Shown: piece after piece, positions 12,641 through 28,854 of the stretch
Layout: each line of letters opens with the position of its first letter
Position numbering within the stretch: the first letter of the stretch is position 1
NCBI GenBank assembly: GCA_002269645.1
Contig: NIVC01000694.1
Span: 1 to 64,000 of the forward strand
From: Macrostomum lignano
Taxonomy: Eukaryota
DNA length: 64,000 nt
Reading direction: 5' to 3'
Notes under the pieces: model-generated
The model's database searches: none
What the model was told of the DNA's origin: nothing
The model's input: the letters and a program-made list of their open reading frames with translations, nothing else
Translations under genes and position numbers: made by a program

Positions 12641-14481
12641 ATTGTTCTTTCTGATACAGCGCGCCATAAAGTACAGAAATAAAGTTAAAATTATGGCAGT
12701 TCAGCGTGAGCAGAGTTGAGCTCAGGACTCAATCAAGCCGGGCTAAGCTGTCAACAGTTGCCGCACCGTCAGAGCAGAGCAAAAGGCGGCAGCCAGCAGC
12801 TGGCCTTCAAGAGCTGTCCGGCGGCACTTCAGGCCGCAATTTCCCTCCCGTGCTGCGGGTCAACACGGGCTGAGAGCTCCGCTGAGCAGTGGGCGGCCAG
12901 CCACTCAATGCTGCTGCTGCTCTCCCCTGCTTCCGCAATAAGCCGCGTCAATCACAGCCGGGGATGCCGGAGCCACAGGAGAAGGAGATTGCAGAAGAAG
13001 TCGGTCAGCAAAATCTCAAAATTGATTTCTGAGTTCCATACCCGCGCTGACTTGGCCAAGTCATTGTTGTCACAGCTGCCACACAGAGGACATCCGGCAT
13101 TGCTGCGGCCCTCATGCTGAGGGACTGTGGGTTTTAGTTCCCGTTGAGTCTGCAAAGCCCCAGGCTGACACCGGCAATGAAAGAGAGGAGCGGCCGGTGA
13201 CGCGGGATCGGAGAACAGGATCGTAGCATTTGCAACACTGAGATCGCAGAGTGAGTCGCTCCCGGCTCTCTATTCAAAGGTATGGGCCATACATTTGAGA
13301 TCCCCGAGACTATCACTTCTATGTGGGGATTTCTAGTGGAGTCAATCAGTAAGCTAGGTTAGTTTCGAGAAATTCTCCAGGACAATAAGCGGAAGAGTAC
13401 GCGGTTGAGACAGGCAGATTTGGAAGCACAGACTCTTCAGTTTAGTTAAATACATATGTAGTTAGTTACTTTGGATGCTGCCAAAGTCATAAAAGCCACA
13501 ACTATATATTCTATTTTGATCATGCATACTCGTCGTAATGACAAAAGTAATGACAGCCTTAATTGCTTGGGTCACCCGGCTTCCTGCTGTATCATCGCTT
13601 CTTTGACGCTTCATCGAAGCTTTGGACGAGGTTTGCTTCTCTTCTTTCATAAGACCCGATGCTCGATAATTTTAATAGCTCTGCGTTATTATATTATATC
13701 ATTATGCTGGAATTATACGGGCAATATGCTGTAATATTCTATAAATTTGACGATATTAACACAAGGGGTTTGGAATACCCGGATTTATAGCGAAGTAACT
13801 GTGCCTTTCAATAAAGCAAAAACGAATGGTATTTTAGTCTCAAATTTATGAATTCGGAAAATCTATCAACAATCAAGAGCTGATTATTTAGTGTCTTTAC
13901 ATTTTTCGAAAAATAATTTCAATGAGTGATTTTTTGTTTTTCGCTTTCAAGCATTTTCGATTTCAATTCGATATATATGGAGCCCGGCTCACGAGGACAA
14001 GACAAGACCGCTATCCGCGAGACGTACTCTTTGCATATGCTCGTTCGTTTTTATTTCAAGGTTTTTCCTTCGTTAAAAATATCAGTACTTACCGCACCCA
14101 GTGTAAGCTTAATGTTGTGCTATGACTTTACTTTGAAATAACGTGAATTTACATGTCCACGATGTTTGAAATTTAGTTTTTTTCTGGTTTTTTGTATGTC
14201 TTGCTGCAGATAATAAAGATGAATAACCGAACAGGAATAAAAATTAAATGAAGAGGCCTATATTAGAGTTCTTCCACTAGAATATATCAAGTATGCCTCC
14301 TGCCTTTCCTTTTCCATATACTACACACACCATTTTATCAATTGTCGTAACTCTCTTCTTGACTCACAAATTAAATTTTGTTTGTATATATATTTAGAAA
14401 GCTACTCTTTATATTTGTTGTTAAAATATATCTTATAAATGTATTTTCTATATTTTAAAATAACTTTTAGAATTGACAAAA

Positions 14482-14553
14482 ATGTAGTTAGCTAAAGTGC
14501 TTCTCATTTTGACTCTTCTGGTTTCTATCCAACTTGGACCATGTTTAGCCTAG
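14482..14553 (+). pseudogene. Dead duplicate of exon 1 of the neighbouring ISG12-family gene
   Basis: ATGTAGTTAGCTAAAGTG...CATGTTTAGCCTAG aligns with ATGCAGTCAGCTAAAGTG...CATGTTTAGCCTGC at 14873. Codon 2 is TAG; upstream TAACTTTTAGAATTGA context is shared. Confidence 0.75.
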
Positions 14554-14872
14554 AGGCAAGATTAAACAACCAACCAGAAGGCAGCAAGGGGAGAAGACAA
14601 GAATCCAAAGATTGAACTGGATATAGAGACCTAAGAGAAAACAGAGTACAAGCCAAATGGAGATATGTGCAAATAAAATGAAGAAATAACAGAAATTTAT
14701 AATAAGCTTTAATAAAGTATATCAGTTTTGTAAATAGAATATATCAAGTGTGCTTCTAAACATTATAGTAAATCAAGTGCAATTAGTGTTTATGCTTGGC
14801 TGATGTTCATTTGTTAAATATTTATATATAACTATATATTGTATCTTTCTATAACTTTTAGAATTGAAAAGA

Positions 14873-15388
14873 ATGCAGTCAGCTAAAGTGTTTCTAGTTT
14901 TGGCTCTTCTAGTTTCTATCCAACTTGCACCATGTTTAGCCTGCAAAAAAGTAAAAACATGTAAGTCCACTTTTTAACTAAATATTTGCACTTGTCTGCA
15001 ACAAGGCTCTCTTCGCATGGCTTTACATTTGGCCTTCTGCATTGTTGTTGCTCACTCAGGTTACAATGGTTGGAAAGCAGGAGCATGCCTTGCTGCTGGA
15101 GGAGCAGCTGCTGTTGGATCCTTTTTTGCTGCACCTTGGGCTGTTGGTCTGCTTGGATTTAAAGCAGGTGGAATTGCTGCTGGCTCAATTGCAGCCTGGA
15201 TGCAAGCTTTTGGAGGAGGCATCACCCCATTTATTGTGTCTCTCGGCCAGAGCATTGGAGCAGCTGGACTGTCAGGAACAGCAGCTGCTGGCACTGGAGC
15301 CGCCATTGCAGCATCCTGTGGAATATACAATGTTGGAATCACAGAGGAGTGCCACAGTGGCGACAGCTATGAAATTGTTTGTATCTAA
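14873..15388 (+). CDS. IFI6/IFI27 (ISG12)-family protein with signal peptide, 138 aa, 2 exons (14873-14960, 15060-15388)
   Basis: Exon 1 MQSAKVFLVLALLVSIQLAPCLACKKVKT; GTAAGT donor at 14961; CTCACTCAG acceptor ends at 15059 and keeps frame. LGFKAGGIAAGSIAAWMQ..GGG..VSLGQSIGAAGLS matches the ISG12 motif (GFTxxGIAAGSxAAxM..LQSxGAxGL). Confidence 0.8.
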
Positions 15389-15474
15389 AAAGCACAGTTT
15401 GACGAATACCCAAGCTGCCTTGTGCAATAATGATCTGGCATAACCTGCAAGGGACAGCAAGGTGAAGTTTAATT

Positions 15475-16160
15475 TGAACTTAATAAACTGCCTGATTAAT
15501 TTTTGGCTTTGTGGCGGTGTTTTCTGTCTTTAGATATTATCAATTGAAATGTTTAAAAACAATATTGATTTTTGCGTAGTTTTTAAAATGATTTATTACA
15601 CATTACACATGTAGGTAGATGATGATGAAAATCAAGCAGATATTCAAAGTGGGCAGTGCCTCAGACACCAGCATCTCAATCCAGTCTCTCAATGTAATCC
15701 CCATTTACTTCGATGCACTTCCTGATGCGCTGCACACAGCTTTTGAAGCACCAGATAAAATGGCCTTTTTGGAGCAAATTCAGCTGCTCATTAATTTATT
15801 TTAATGGAAATAACCAGAAAATCAGCGGCTTTGATGCCAGAAGCCTCAATGTGCTGCGCACGTGTGCTGTGCTGTGCTGTCTTTTGGGAGGGGGACGCTT
15901 GCTACGAGTTCTTGAAACGCCTATAGCTTCGATATGCCATTTCCAGCGCTCTTACCTGTGATTTTTTAGTCAGACTTTTATAATATGTAGCTCGTAGTTG
16001 TACATTTGATTCCATATTTATGCATGTTAATTTTTTTGCCCTATAGGATTGAATACTGTTATAAATTTTTAATAATGAATTGGATAAAGTTTATAAGTTT
16101 ATAATATTATAATTTTAATTTTTGCACTTTTTTTCTTGTGTACTTTTCTTTACACTTTTA
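15475..16160 (-). mobile_element. Segment containing a mariner transposase 3' end (copy 1 of a diverged direct duplication)
   Basis: Minus strand reads IFWLFP and VQRIRKCIEVNGDYIE* (~15680-15735), like the mariner C-terminus; aligns with 17713-18480. Confidence 0.6.
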
Positions 16161-16599
16161 AATAAACTTTTAGCTTATAAAACTAAAAATAACGATTTTG
16201 TCTGTGGCGAAAGTAACCAAGCTTGTCTTGTTCCTCATGTCAAAAGCAGCGCCCTCGTCCATTGCTTCAACGATTTTAGCGAGCTCTACAAAGCGACGCA
16301 GCAGTTTTGATTCCCTCCTCCCAAAATCTCCAAGGCAGATCGAGCGCATCGAGAGATTCGTTGGCCGCCACAATGACTTCCTCACAATGGTAAAGACGCG
16401 ACCTCGCAGGCTTCTTCATCCTCAAAACGAATTAAAATCAGTGATGGCGAGGTCTTGTGAATGAGGTGGGTGACTAAGCTGCCGAAAGCCGAGCTCTTGC
16501 ACTTTTATTGTGGTGGCCGAGGCAGCGTGAAGGCGAGCGTTGTCCAACAAAATGATGGCTTGGTTGTATAATACAGCACTTCTTGAGGACAACCTCTAC

Positions 16600-17230
16600 C
16601 TTGCACATAGGTGGGGATTGATGGTGGCCTTTCTGGCAGGTAGTCGGCCATCAGTACCCCGAAGGCGTCAAACCACTCAGTGCACATGGTGTTGCATGTC
16701 CACGCCGACTTCATTGGCTTTGTGTGTGGCTTACGGAATCTGAGCCTCCGCTGCACTGCATGACTGCTGATTAGTCATTAATTAAACATTGACAGTGGTG
16801 TCATCCATGCTGATTAGAAGTCATTTAAGTCGTCGTTAGACTCTTGACGAGTTTATCACCTTGAGGATGCGACTCACAGAAGCAATGCAGATGCCGCAGA
16901 CCTCCTCAACTTCACGCACTGTGGAAGAAAGATTGGCGCTGAGACAGTCACGGAAAACGTTTGCTGTTTTCGTCTGCTGACATGCGAGGGCGACCATGAC
17001 CTCGCGATATGCCTTGCAGTGAGCATGAACCCGCGCTTGCGATATCGCCTGTTCTCCAAATGCCTGATTCAGGTCCTGAGCAATATCGCACGGTTTCTCT
17101 CCTAGTTGAAGCAGACCAGCGGTAAAATGCCCTTTCCGTTGCCCTTCCTTCGATCCAACATCTGAACGACTTTTCGGACGTTCCTGCAAAATTATTTCCA
17201 GGAAATTTTGCCCACAGCTCGTAGAAAGCA
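16600..17230 (-). mobile_element. Degenerate mariner transposase, 5' part
   Basis: HTH-like LGEKPCDIAQDLNQAFGEQAISQARV, then STVREVEEVCGICIASVSRIL, then WFDAFGVLMADYLPE / ATIN (cf. VFFDxxGvllvdylpxGqTIN). Confidence 0.65.
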
Positions 17231-17712
17231 AAAAGAGGGGCTCTTATCAGAAGTTAGGTGTTCTTAACGGAGTAAACAGCAGACATTTTTAGATTTTTTC
17301 AAGAACTTTTAAGAAGTTAAGACAAAAATCGTCGTCAAAAATCGTAATTTTTTATCTTAAGGTGGAGTCCTGGACTTTCATATAAGATAACACAGTTGCA
17401 TTGATAAAGCTCAGAATTAAGTTTGTTGTCTAGGCATATGTGTGACATTTTTTACCTAAATGTCGAGTTCATATGTATATTCAGTCGAAATTTATAACAA
17501 AATTCTCTTTATTTTTGTAACACTCGCATGTCTGCTAAAAAATCATAGCCCAGCTGCCATTCAATTATTGATTTTCCATAGCTCCGCAGCGCATGCTGGA
17601 AAAGTTGCGCCATTCTCACAAACTAGCTAGATAGGGAGACCACTGCTTTGTGCCTCTACTCCGATCACACACGTTCACGCACTTTCCTGTTGCAGCCCCC
17701 CTTAGAATTTTA

Positions 17713-18480
17713 AATTTAACTTAATAAACTGCCGGATTCGTATTTGGCTTCGTGATTGTGTTTTCTGTCTTTAGATATTATACGCTCGTATCCATTCCAA
17801 TATTTAAAAAATAAAGTCTGGTTAAAATATTTTATACTGATTGTTGCGTAGTTGTTAAAATGACTATTACTTACACATGCAGTCCGAGTGGTGTTTTTAA
17901 CGTTTGTAGAAAGTGTTAGTAAGTAAGCAGAAATAAGTGGGCAGTGCCTCAGATATCAGCACTCCAATCCAGTCTCTCAATGTAATCCCCATCGAATACG
18001 ATCCGCACTTCCTGATGCGCTGCACACAGCTATTGAAGCACCTGGTAAAATAGGCTTTTTGAGAAAATTCAACTGCTTATTCATTGATTTTGTTGGAAAC
18101 AACCAGAAACTGCACAGTGCCAGGTGAATATGGAGGAACACCCACCAGCTTGAGGCCAGTAGCCTCAATGTGCTGTGCTGCACACATGTGCTGTGCTGTG
18201 CTGTCTTTTGAAAGGGTAACGCTCTCTATGAACTTTTGAAACGCCTCTCGCCTATATCATTTCCAGTGCTCTTACCTGTGATTTTACGACCTGTGATTCT
18301 GTTCATTGTTTGTTCTTATTTTTGCCTCATAATGGATTGAATACTGTATCATCAATTTTCAATAATAGATTTGATAAAACGAATAATAAACTTTTTTATA
18401 ATTATATAGCTAAATTCTATATATAATTGTTTATTTTCACTGTATTGCTTATTTTGCACTTTTCTTTATACTTTTTAACC
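17713..18480 (-). mobile_element. Segment containing a mariner transposase 3' end (copy 2)
   Basis: PPYSP (18122-18136) followed by LALCSFWLFP, i.e. the HPPYSPDLAPxDFWLF motif with a frameshift; similar to 15475-16160. Confidence 0.6.
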
Positions 18481-18835
18481 ACCGTCTATGCGGCGCGGAT
18501 AGGCTATTTTAATTTCTTGTTTAGCTAGCCTGGGTGTTTAGGCGCTGAGTGGACCCACGTTCGAGAGCTCCGTGCTTGTTTCTCGCCCCAACACTCGCCT
18601 GCCATTCCCATTGGCGTTGGTTTTATGCTTTACAAGCTTCCCCCGTTTCTTCCTCACCCTTGCGTAATACCGCATTCTCAAATTCTCCTTTTGTTAGTAT
18701 TAGTAATCGTGTGAGAAATTTCGCGAATTCCCTTCTCTAATTTAGTGATATCTTGGTTTCACCTGCAACAATCGCTTTCCTTAGATCTCAGTCCATCCTG
18801 TAAATTCTATTGAAGACCGATTTCAGTTGTACGGG

Positions 18836-19480
18836 AAGCTGGTGCATGGTTGTGGATCACTGGGGAGACAAGCTGGTGCATGGTTGTGGATCACTGGGGA
18901 GACAAGCTGGTGCATGGTTGTGGATCACTGGGGAGACAAGCTGGTGCATGGTTGTGGATCACTGGGGAGACAAGCTGGTGCATGGTTGTGGATCACTGGG
19001 GAGACAAGCTGGTGCATGGTTGTGGATCACTGGGGAGACAAGCTGGTGCATGGTTGTGGATCACTGGGGAGACAAGCTGGTGCATGGTTGTGGATCACTG
19101 GGGAGACAAGCTGGTGCATGGTTGTGGATCACTGGGGAGACAAGCTGGTGCATGGTTGTGGATCACTGGGGAGACAAGCTGGTGCATGGTTGTGGATCAC
19201 TGGGGAGACAAGCTGGTGCATGGTTGTGGATCACTGGGGAGACAAGCTGGTGCATGGTTGTGGATCACTGGGGAGACAAGCTGGTGCATGGTTGTGGATC
19301 ACTGGGGAGACAAGCTGGTGCATGGTTGTGGATCACTGGGGAGACAAGCTGGTGCATGGTTGTGGATCACTGGGGAGACAAGCTGGTGCATGGTTGTGGA
19401 TCACTGGGGAGACAAGCTGGTGCATGGTTGTGGATCACTGGGGAGACAAGCTGGTGCATGGTTGTGGATCACTGGGGAGA
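18836..19480. repeat. 34-bp minisatellite, ~19 near-identical copies
   Basis: Unit GGTGCATGGTTGTGGATCACTGGGGAGACAAGCT. Confidence 0.97.
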
Positions 19481-20074
19481 TCGTTTTTTGGGGACCGGCA
19501 CAGCAGTGCGATAGCGCAGTAGGGTATAAATATGACTATAAAATCTCGCGCTAAAATGTCACCTGCTGACTACCTCTGATTAACCGGTAATAACGATATA
19601 TTTTCAATAACGGCGACGAGAAGGGAAAAGTGGAGGGGAGTAAAAATCGGAGCAATTGCACGCAGCGCCAAGGCCAGGGTTTAAACCCCCCCCCCTGGCA
19701 CGCGGCAGAGGAGAGGAGGGCGCAAGGGGGAGGGGTGGGGTTAACACACTTTACTCTGAGACACCCACGTCTCAAACAGCCGCACGGACAGCGTGCAGTG
19801 CTGAGCATTCCGCCAGCCAGTGCTCCCCAGTTTCGGGCGCCTCCCCGCAACGTTTGCATGTGGGGTCCTCAGCTGGGTTGACAAACCTGGCTGTATGGGT
19901 GGAGGGCGCTGCAGTGGCCCGCTATCTCTGATGCGGGCGATGAGGACGGCGTCCCGGCGACAGGAAACTCGCGTCGCTCTCGTTCTTCCGAGTGATCGAA
20001 ATAGGCGATAGCCATATTCAGACTACAGCGGCTGATGAACGTCCTGGCACAGTTGAAGGTGACCGGGAGCGGCT

Positions 20075-20190
20075 GGGGGGGGCGATCCCCGCAGCGGCAG
20101 CCTCGTTTGCCAGGGCGTCAGCCAGCTCATTTACCTGAAGCCCGCAGTGTCCAGGGACCCACTGCAGGTGGTGGGGCCCGCGGCGCTCTA
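20075..20190 (-). mobile_element. Non-LTR retrotransposon-type RNase H fragment
   Basis: HLQWVPGHCGLQVNELADALANEAA matches the RNase HI WVPGHxGxxGNExADxLA motif carried by I-group LINEs; no RT seen nearby. Confidence 0.6.
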
Positions 20191-22198
20191 TTGGCACATT
20201 ACGGCTGTACACATTGCACATTAAACGCTACAAAATATAGCTGCCCACCGATTGATGACCGCTAGATGGCACACTAAATCTTTTAAATGAGAAAGAAAAT
20301 GCAAAATTATGAGTTGCTAAGTCGGATTCGATAGTTACCCCCGTAGGTCAACCGAGTGTTCCCGCACAACACTGCTGTGATCGGTGGGAGCAGAGGCAGG
20401 CAGCTCAGCGGTGACCATTATCGATGACCGTCCGCATACACTTGAGATCACCTGGCTAAGTGGTTCACAGGTTCTCGAATTCGCTCAGCAGCTCTGTGCC
20501 CCTCTTCTTGCTCTGCCACCTACGAGATCGAGGAGTACAAAACAATTTGATGCGGGCTTGCTCCCGATCCTCAGCCGAGTTTCAATTAACGATAACATGG
20601 CTTCAATGTCTTTTTGATGGGCTTCTAGCCGTGAAGAGTTCTATAGATTTACATTCGTAGCAGATTAGCCAGCTGGTGATACTGCAAGTGTCACGAGCAG
20701 TGTGCTCATAGGATTTTAACCCACCGAGTCGGCTTATATTGCAGTTATGCAAACCTCCTGCACATTGGATCACGCAATCACGCGGGCAAACCTCTCGGCG
20801 GGAAAACTTCCTGAAGGAAATTCTCGTGTTCCCGTATTAAAGACAGCCACGGCACTTCCCCGCTGCCAAAAAAAATCAGAAGCACCAACAAAGTCAATAA
20901 CAAGGAAATAAACAGCGCTCACCAAAGCTCACCTTCACAACAAATTCAGTCCAGCTAGTTTACTTGAATTCGATGGCACTCATGACTAAACGTCACCATC
21001 TCAAAGGTTATTTGTTGTTTATTTAGAGTAAATAAATTAGAGTCTGCGTTTTTGACTAGAAAAGGGTGAGACTTGGGTCACATTCAGGTTAACATTTACC
21101 ATATTTGGAAGTTCTAAAGAATGAGAACCGGTTGAGAACCGGTTTTTCGGACAATAGCATAGTCACTCGCTGTTTGCGTAATATTACTGGTATTACTAAA
21201 AGTAGAGTAGAGTAGAGTATGCATAAAGTAGAGTATGAGATGAAAGCTATAGGTAAATGTAAATGTGAAAGTTTCTAAACTTCTCACTCTATGCGGTTCG
21301 ATGCAATGTAAATTATTTTAAGTCCAGGAGCAGAGTCCATGCCATATGCATGTTCTCTCATTGACGTTTAGAGGCCCCTCGCTATTTCCGTGACTTTTTC
21401 TGCAGCGGCATGCATGATAGCTGGCGAAGCCAACCGAACCGATGCTGTCGGACTGCAGGGCGCCGACAAGATTTTCCATAAGATTCAGCAGCCCACAGTA
21501 GAAATCAAGCCTTCGCTACCAGCAGCATCGGCCACCTTGTCTTTTGACAGTGGGGAGCCGTTGGTACCGATGGAGACTTTATGATCGGAATCAATGCAGA
21601 TGGAACAGGCGATCCGGCAGACTGGCTCCGGCATGTAAGTCGCATATGCTGGTGTGAATTCCAACAGGTCGGCTCTCCTCTGATCTCTAATGCCTTGATC
21701 TCCATGGGTGCGCGATCGAGAATTGAGCCTTCGACAAAAAACCGTCAGTCTCACTCTGAGCTACCTGGAATTATCTCATGCACTGTGGCACTTATGCACT
21801 TGTGCGCATATCTGAATGCATCAATGTTTCCCAGAATTTTTTGTGTTATATTACCGTATACAGCTCGTAGCTTTATGTTTCTCAATGCGCATTTCTACTA
21901 ATATGTTGAATAATTTTTTTAAAATTTTAGTCATAGTCACCACAAAGTTGCTCGATAGATGATGTTTATACTGATAAAGTAAAAACTGCGTTGCGAATAA
22001 AATTGCTATAAAATGTACTGATGCTTACTTGCTCTGAAATGAAATGAAACTTTTTTATCTTAGTAACTAACAACTCTACTAAATAAATCAATAAGAGGGA
22101 TTCTAAAATTATCCTCGCATAAGCTTCTTTTTACAAATAATCACTTTTGGAAAGCAAAAGCAGCATTTTATAAAAAACCGCATAAAAATCGGCTCAAA

Positions 22199-22990
22199 CC
22201 TCATCTTGCAGCTGGGGTAAAAATCCTTGCATGTCCCGATGCTAGCTTAAGAAATACATGAATTGCGAGTAAAGAGGAGCCGCAGATTATTGACAAATAA
22301 AACAGCATTAAGTTCTGAATTCGCCACTTGGATATAAAAAATTACGTTTTCTAAAATCTTGTGAAAAACTGTCGGACTAATATCATATCAAACAGGAAAG
22401 CTCGAATTGACGAAAGAAGCCAATTTTGGCGCCAGGATCCCCAATTTCAGCTTCTCGGCGCCTATTTTAGCGCCTTGGCAAGGTCAAGACAATCAGCGCT
22501 CACGCACTGGAGCCGAAAAAAGTTTTTTTTATTATTCGAATTAGTGCCATGTATCTTGCGAACCAACCAATGCGAGTCAAGTTCTGGCGTCTGCTTCTCC
22601 ACAGCCCCACAATGGCATATCTCAACCATTGTGGGCTGGCCCGCGCTAGCGGGAGCCCACCCCACCGTGGGGCGGACCCCGCTAACGGGCTTTTTTAGCG
22701 AGGGATGGGCTCCGCCAGGTACTTCTTAAGCTAGCACCGACACACGCAAGGTTTTTTACCCCCAGCAAGATGAGGCCGGTTTTGGCCAATTGTGTCATGT
22801 GTGTGGCTGATTTCAACAGAAGTGATACGCACGCTAGTGGTTATTTTAAAAGGTTTTTAAGCAGACAAAGCAAGCAAGTTTGTCAGTTTGTGCATTTCAT
22901 CCAGGGACTCCTGTAAAAAACCGGCCTCATCTTGCAGGGAAACCGTGACTCATGTCCATACCTTGCGTGTCCCAGTGCTAGCTTAAGAAG
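22199..22990. repeat. Three copies of a ~55-75-bp motif in +/-/+ orientation with a branched hairpin between copies 1 and 2
   Basis: CCTCATCTTGC..CCTTGC..TGCTAGCTTAAGAA at 22199-22253 (+), 22722-22783 (-) and 22915-22990 (+). Confidence 0.75.
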
Positions 22991-23725
22991 TCCTTGGCTC
23001 CGCTATAGCGGGCGGCCATAAGCTGCCATAAACTGCGCGTGTCGCCACTCCCCTCCGGAAAAGATGCAACAACCAACCAACAACCAGATCCAGCCCCCAG
23101 CCCAACCCTTCCCATCGGTACGCTAACGTGCGCAATCGCGTAGAAAATTAAGCTCTTTTCTCAACTCAATTCTTTCCTTCCCAAACAAATGTATGAAAAT
23201 AGTGGTGTGCACTCGGGCTTTCAGGGCATAAATTCTAAACAGTCTGGATTGGATTAGACAAGTTCCGTTTCTAAGACCGCGCTGAGCGTAGTCATAGAAG
23301 AGCAGAGCTCCCTGTGGACTTTAGCCATCTCTTTTTCAATGCAAATTAAGATGGAGATTGGAGAATACTACAATAAGTAATCGGCAAGTCGAGGTAAGTG
23401 TGTTATCTCATATGCGATGGATTTTGTAATTAAAAATACATTTATATTTTACATATACTCATCAACATTGAAAGTCGCCATCCTTTGCGCCAGTCAGCAG
23501 CTTCTCTTAGATCTCCCTTGCAAGTTGAAAACTCTCTCGCTTTACCGTGGGGGCATTCACTCCGTAATCACCACGCTGAGCAATAGGGAGCAACGTTTCA
23601 GTTACTGGCACAAAGGGAGGCGACTTTTCAATGTTTTCTGAGTAGCTCGTATATACTTTTACTACTAATAGCATTCATTCATTATGCGTTAAACTTCCAT
23701 CGATTTCAGTAACCAAAGAATCGTT

Positions 23726-28436
<4,711 letters not shown>

Positions 28437-28854
28437 GAGCAATGAATTTGGAGCACAGATGACACTGATTATGCAGTTTTATGTTCATACTAACATGTTC
28501 CATTGGCCATAAGCTTTTTTCTAATTAGCTCATAGGTACAGTCTTGAGCAAAATTAAAATCGAATCCAAACATGATTCGACATGAAATCGAATCCATCAT
28601 GGCGTAGCTTTGAAATTTAACATGCAGGCATCTATCAAAATTTTATGCATAAGGTTGATGACATGGCTAGCGCTTCCTTGTTTTCATGATATGCTAATTT
28701 CAAGTCAGTTATTTGAGGCCCATAAATGGCTGATGAAAAGTTTTAACACTTGCACTTGGACTTTTATACAGTTAGATGGATCAAAATTATGGCCAATGCT
28801 GAAGAGTTCTTGAGCTAACAGCAAAACTTGCTTACCGATTATTTGCCGTTTCCG

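Noticed and set aside
158-19480. Arrays with CRISPR-sized units (29-38 bp), one with an internal palindrome
   Set aside because: Units are head-to-tail with no unique spacers, there are no cas genes, and the context is eukaryotic.
18810-19554. Three overlapping ~230-aa ORFs (WCMVVDHWGDK..)
   Set aside because: The 34-bp unit has no + strand stop, so all frames give the same periodic peptide.
21380-21780. Possible transposase remnant (CIDSDHKVSIG)
   Set aside because: A single short resemblance with no second motif.
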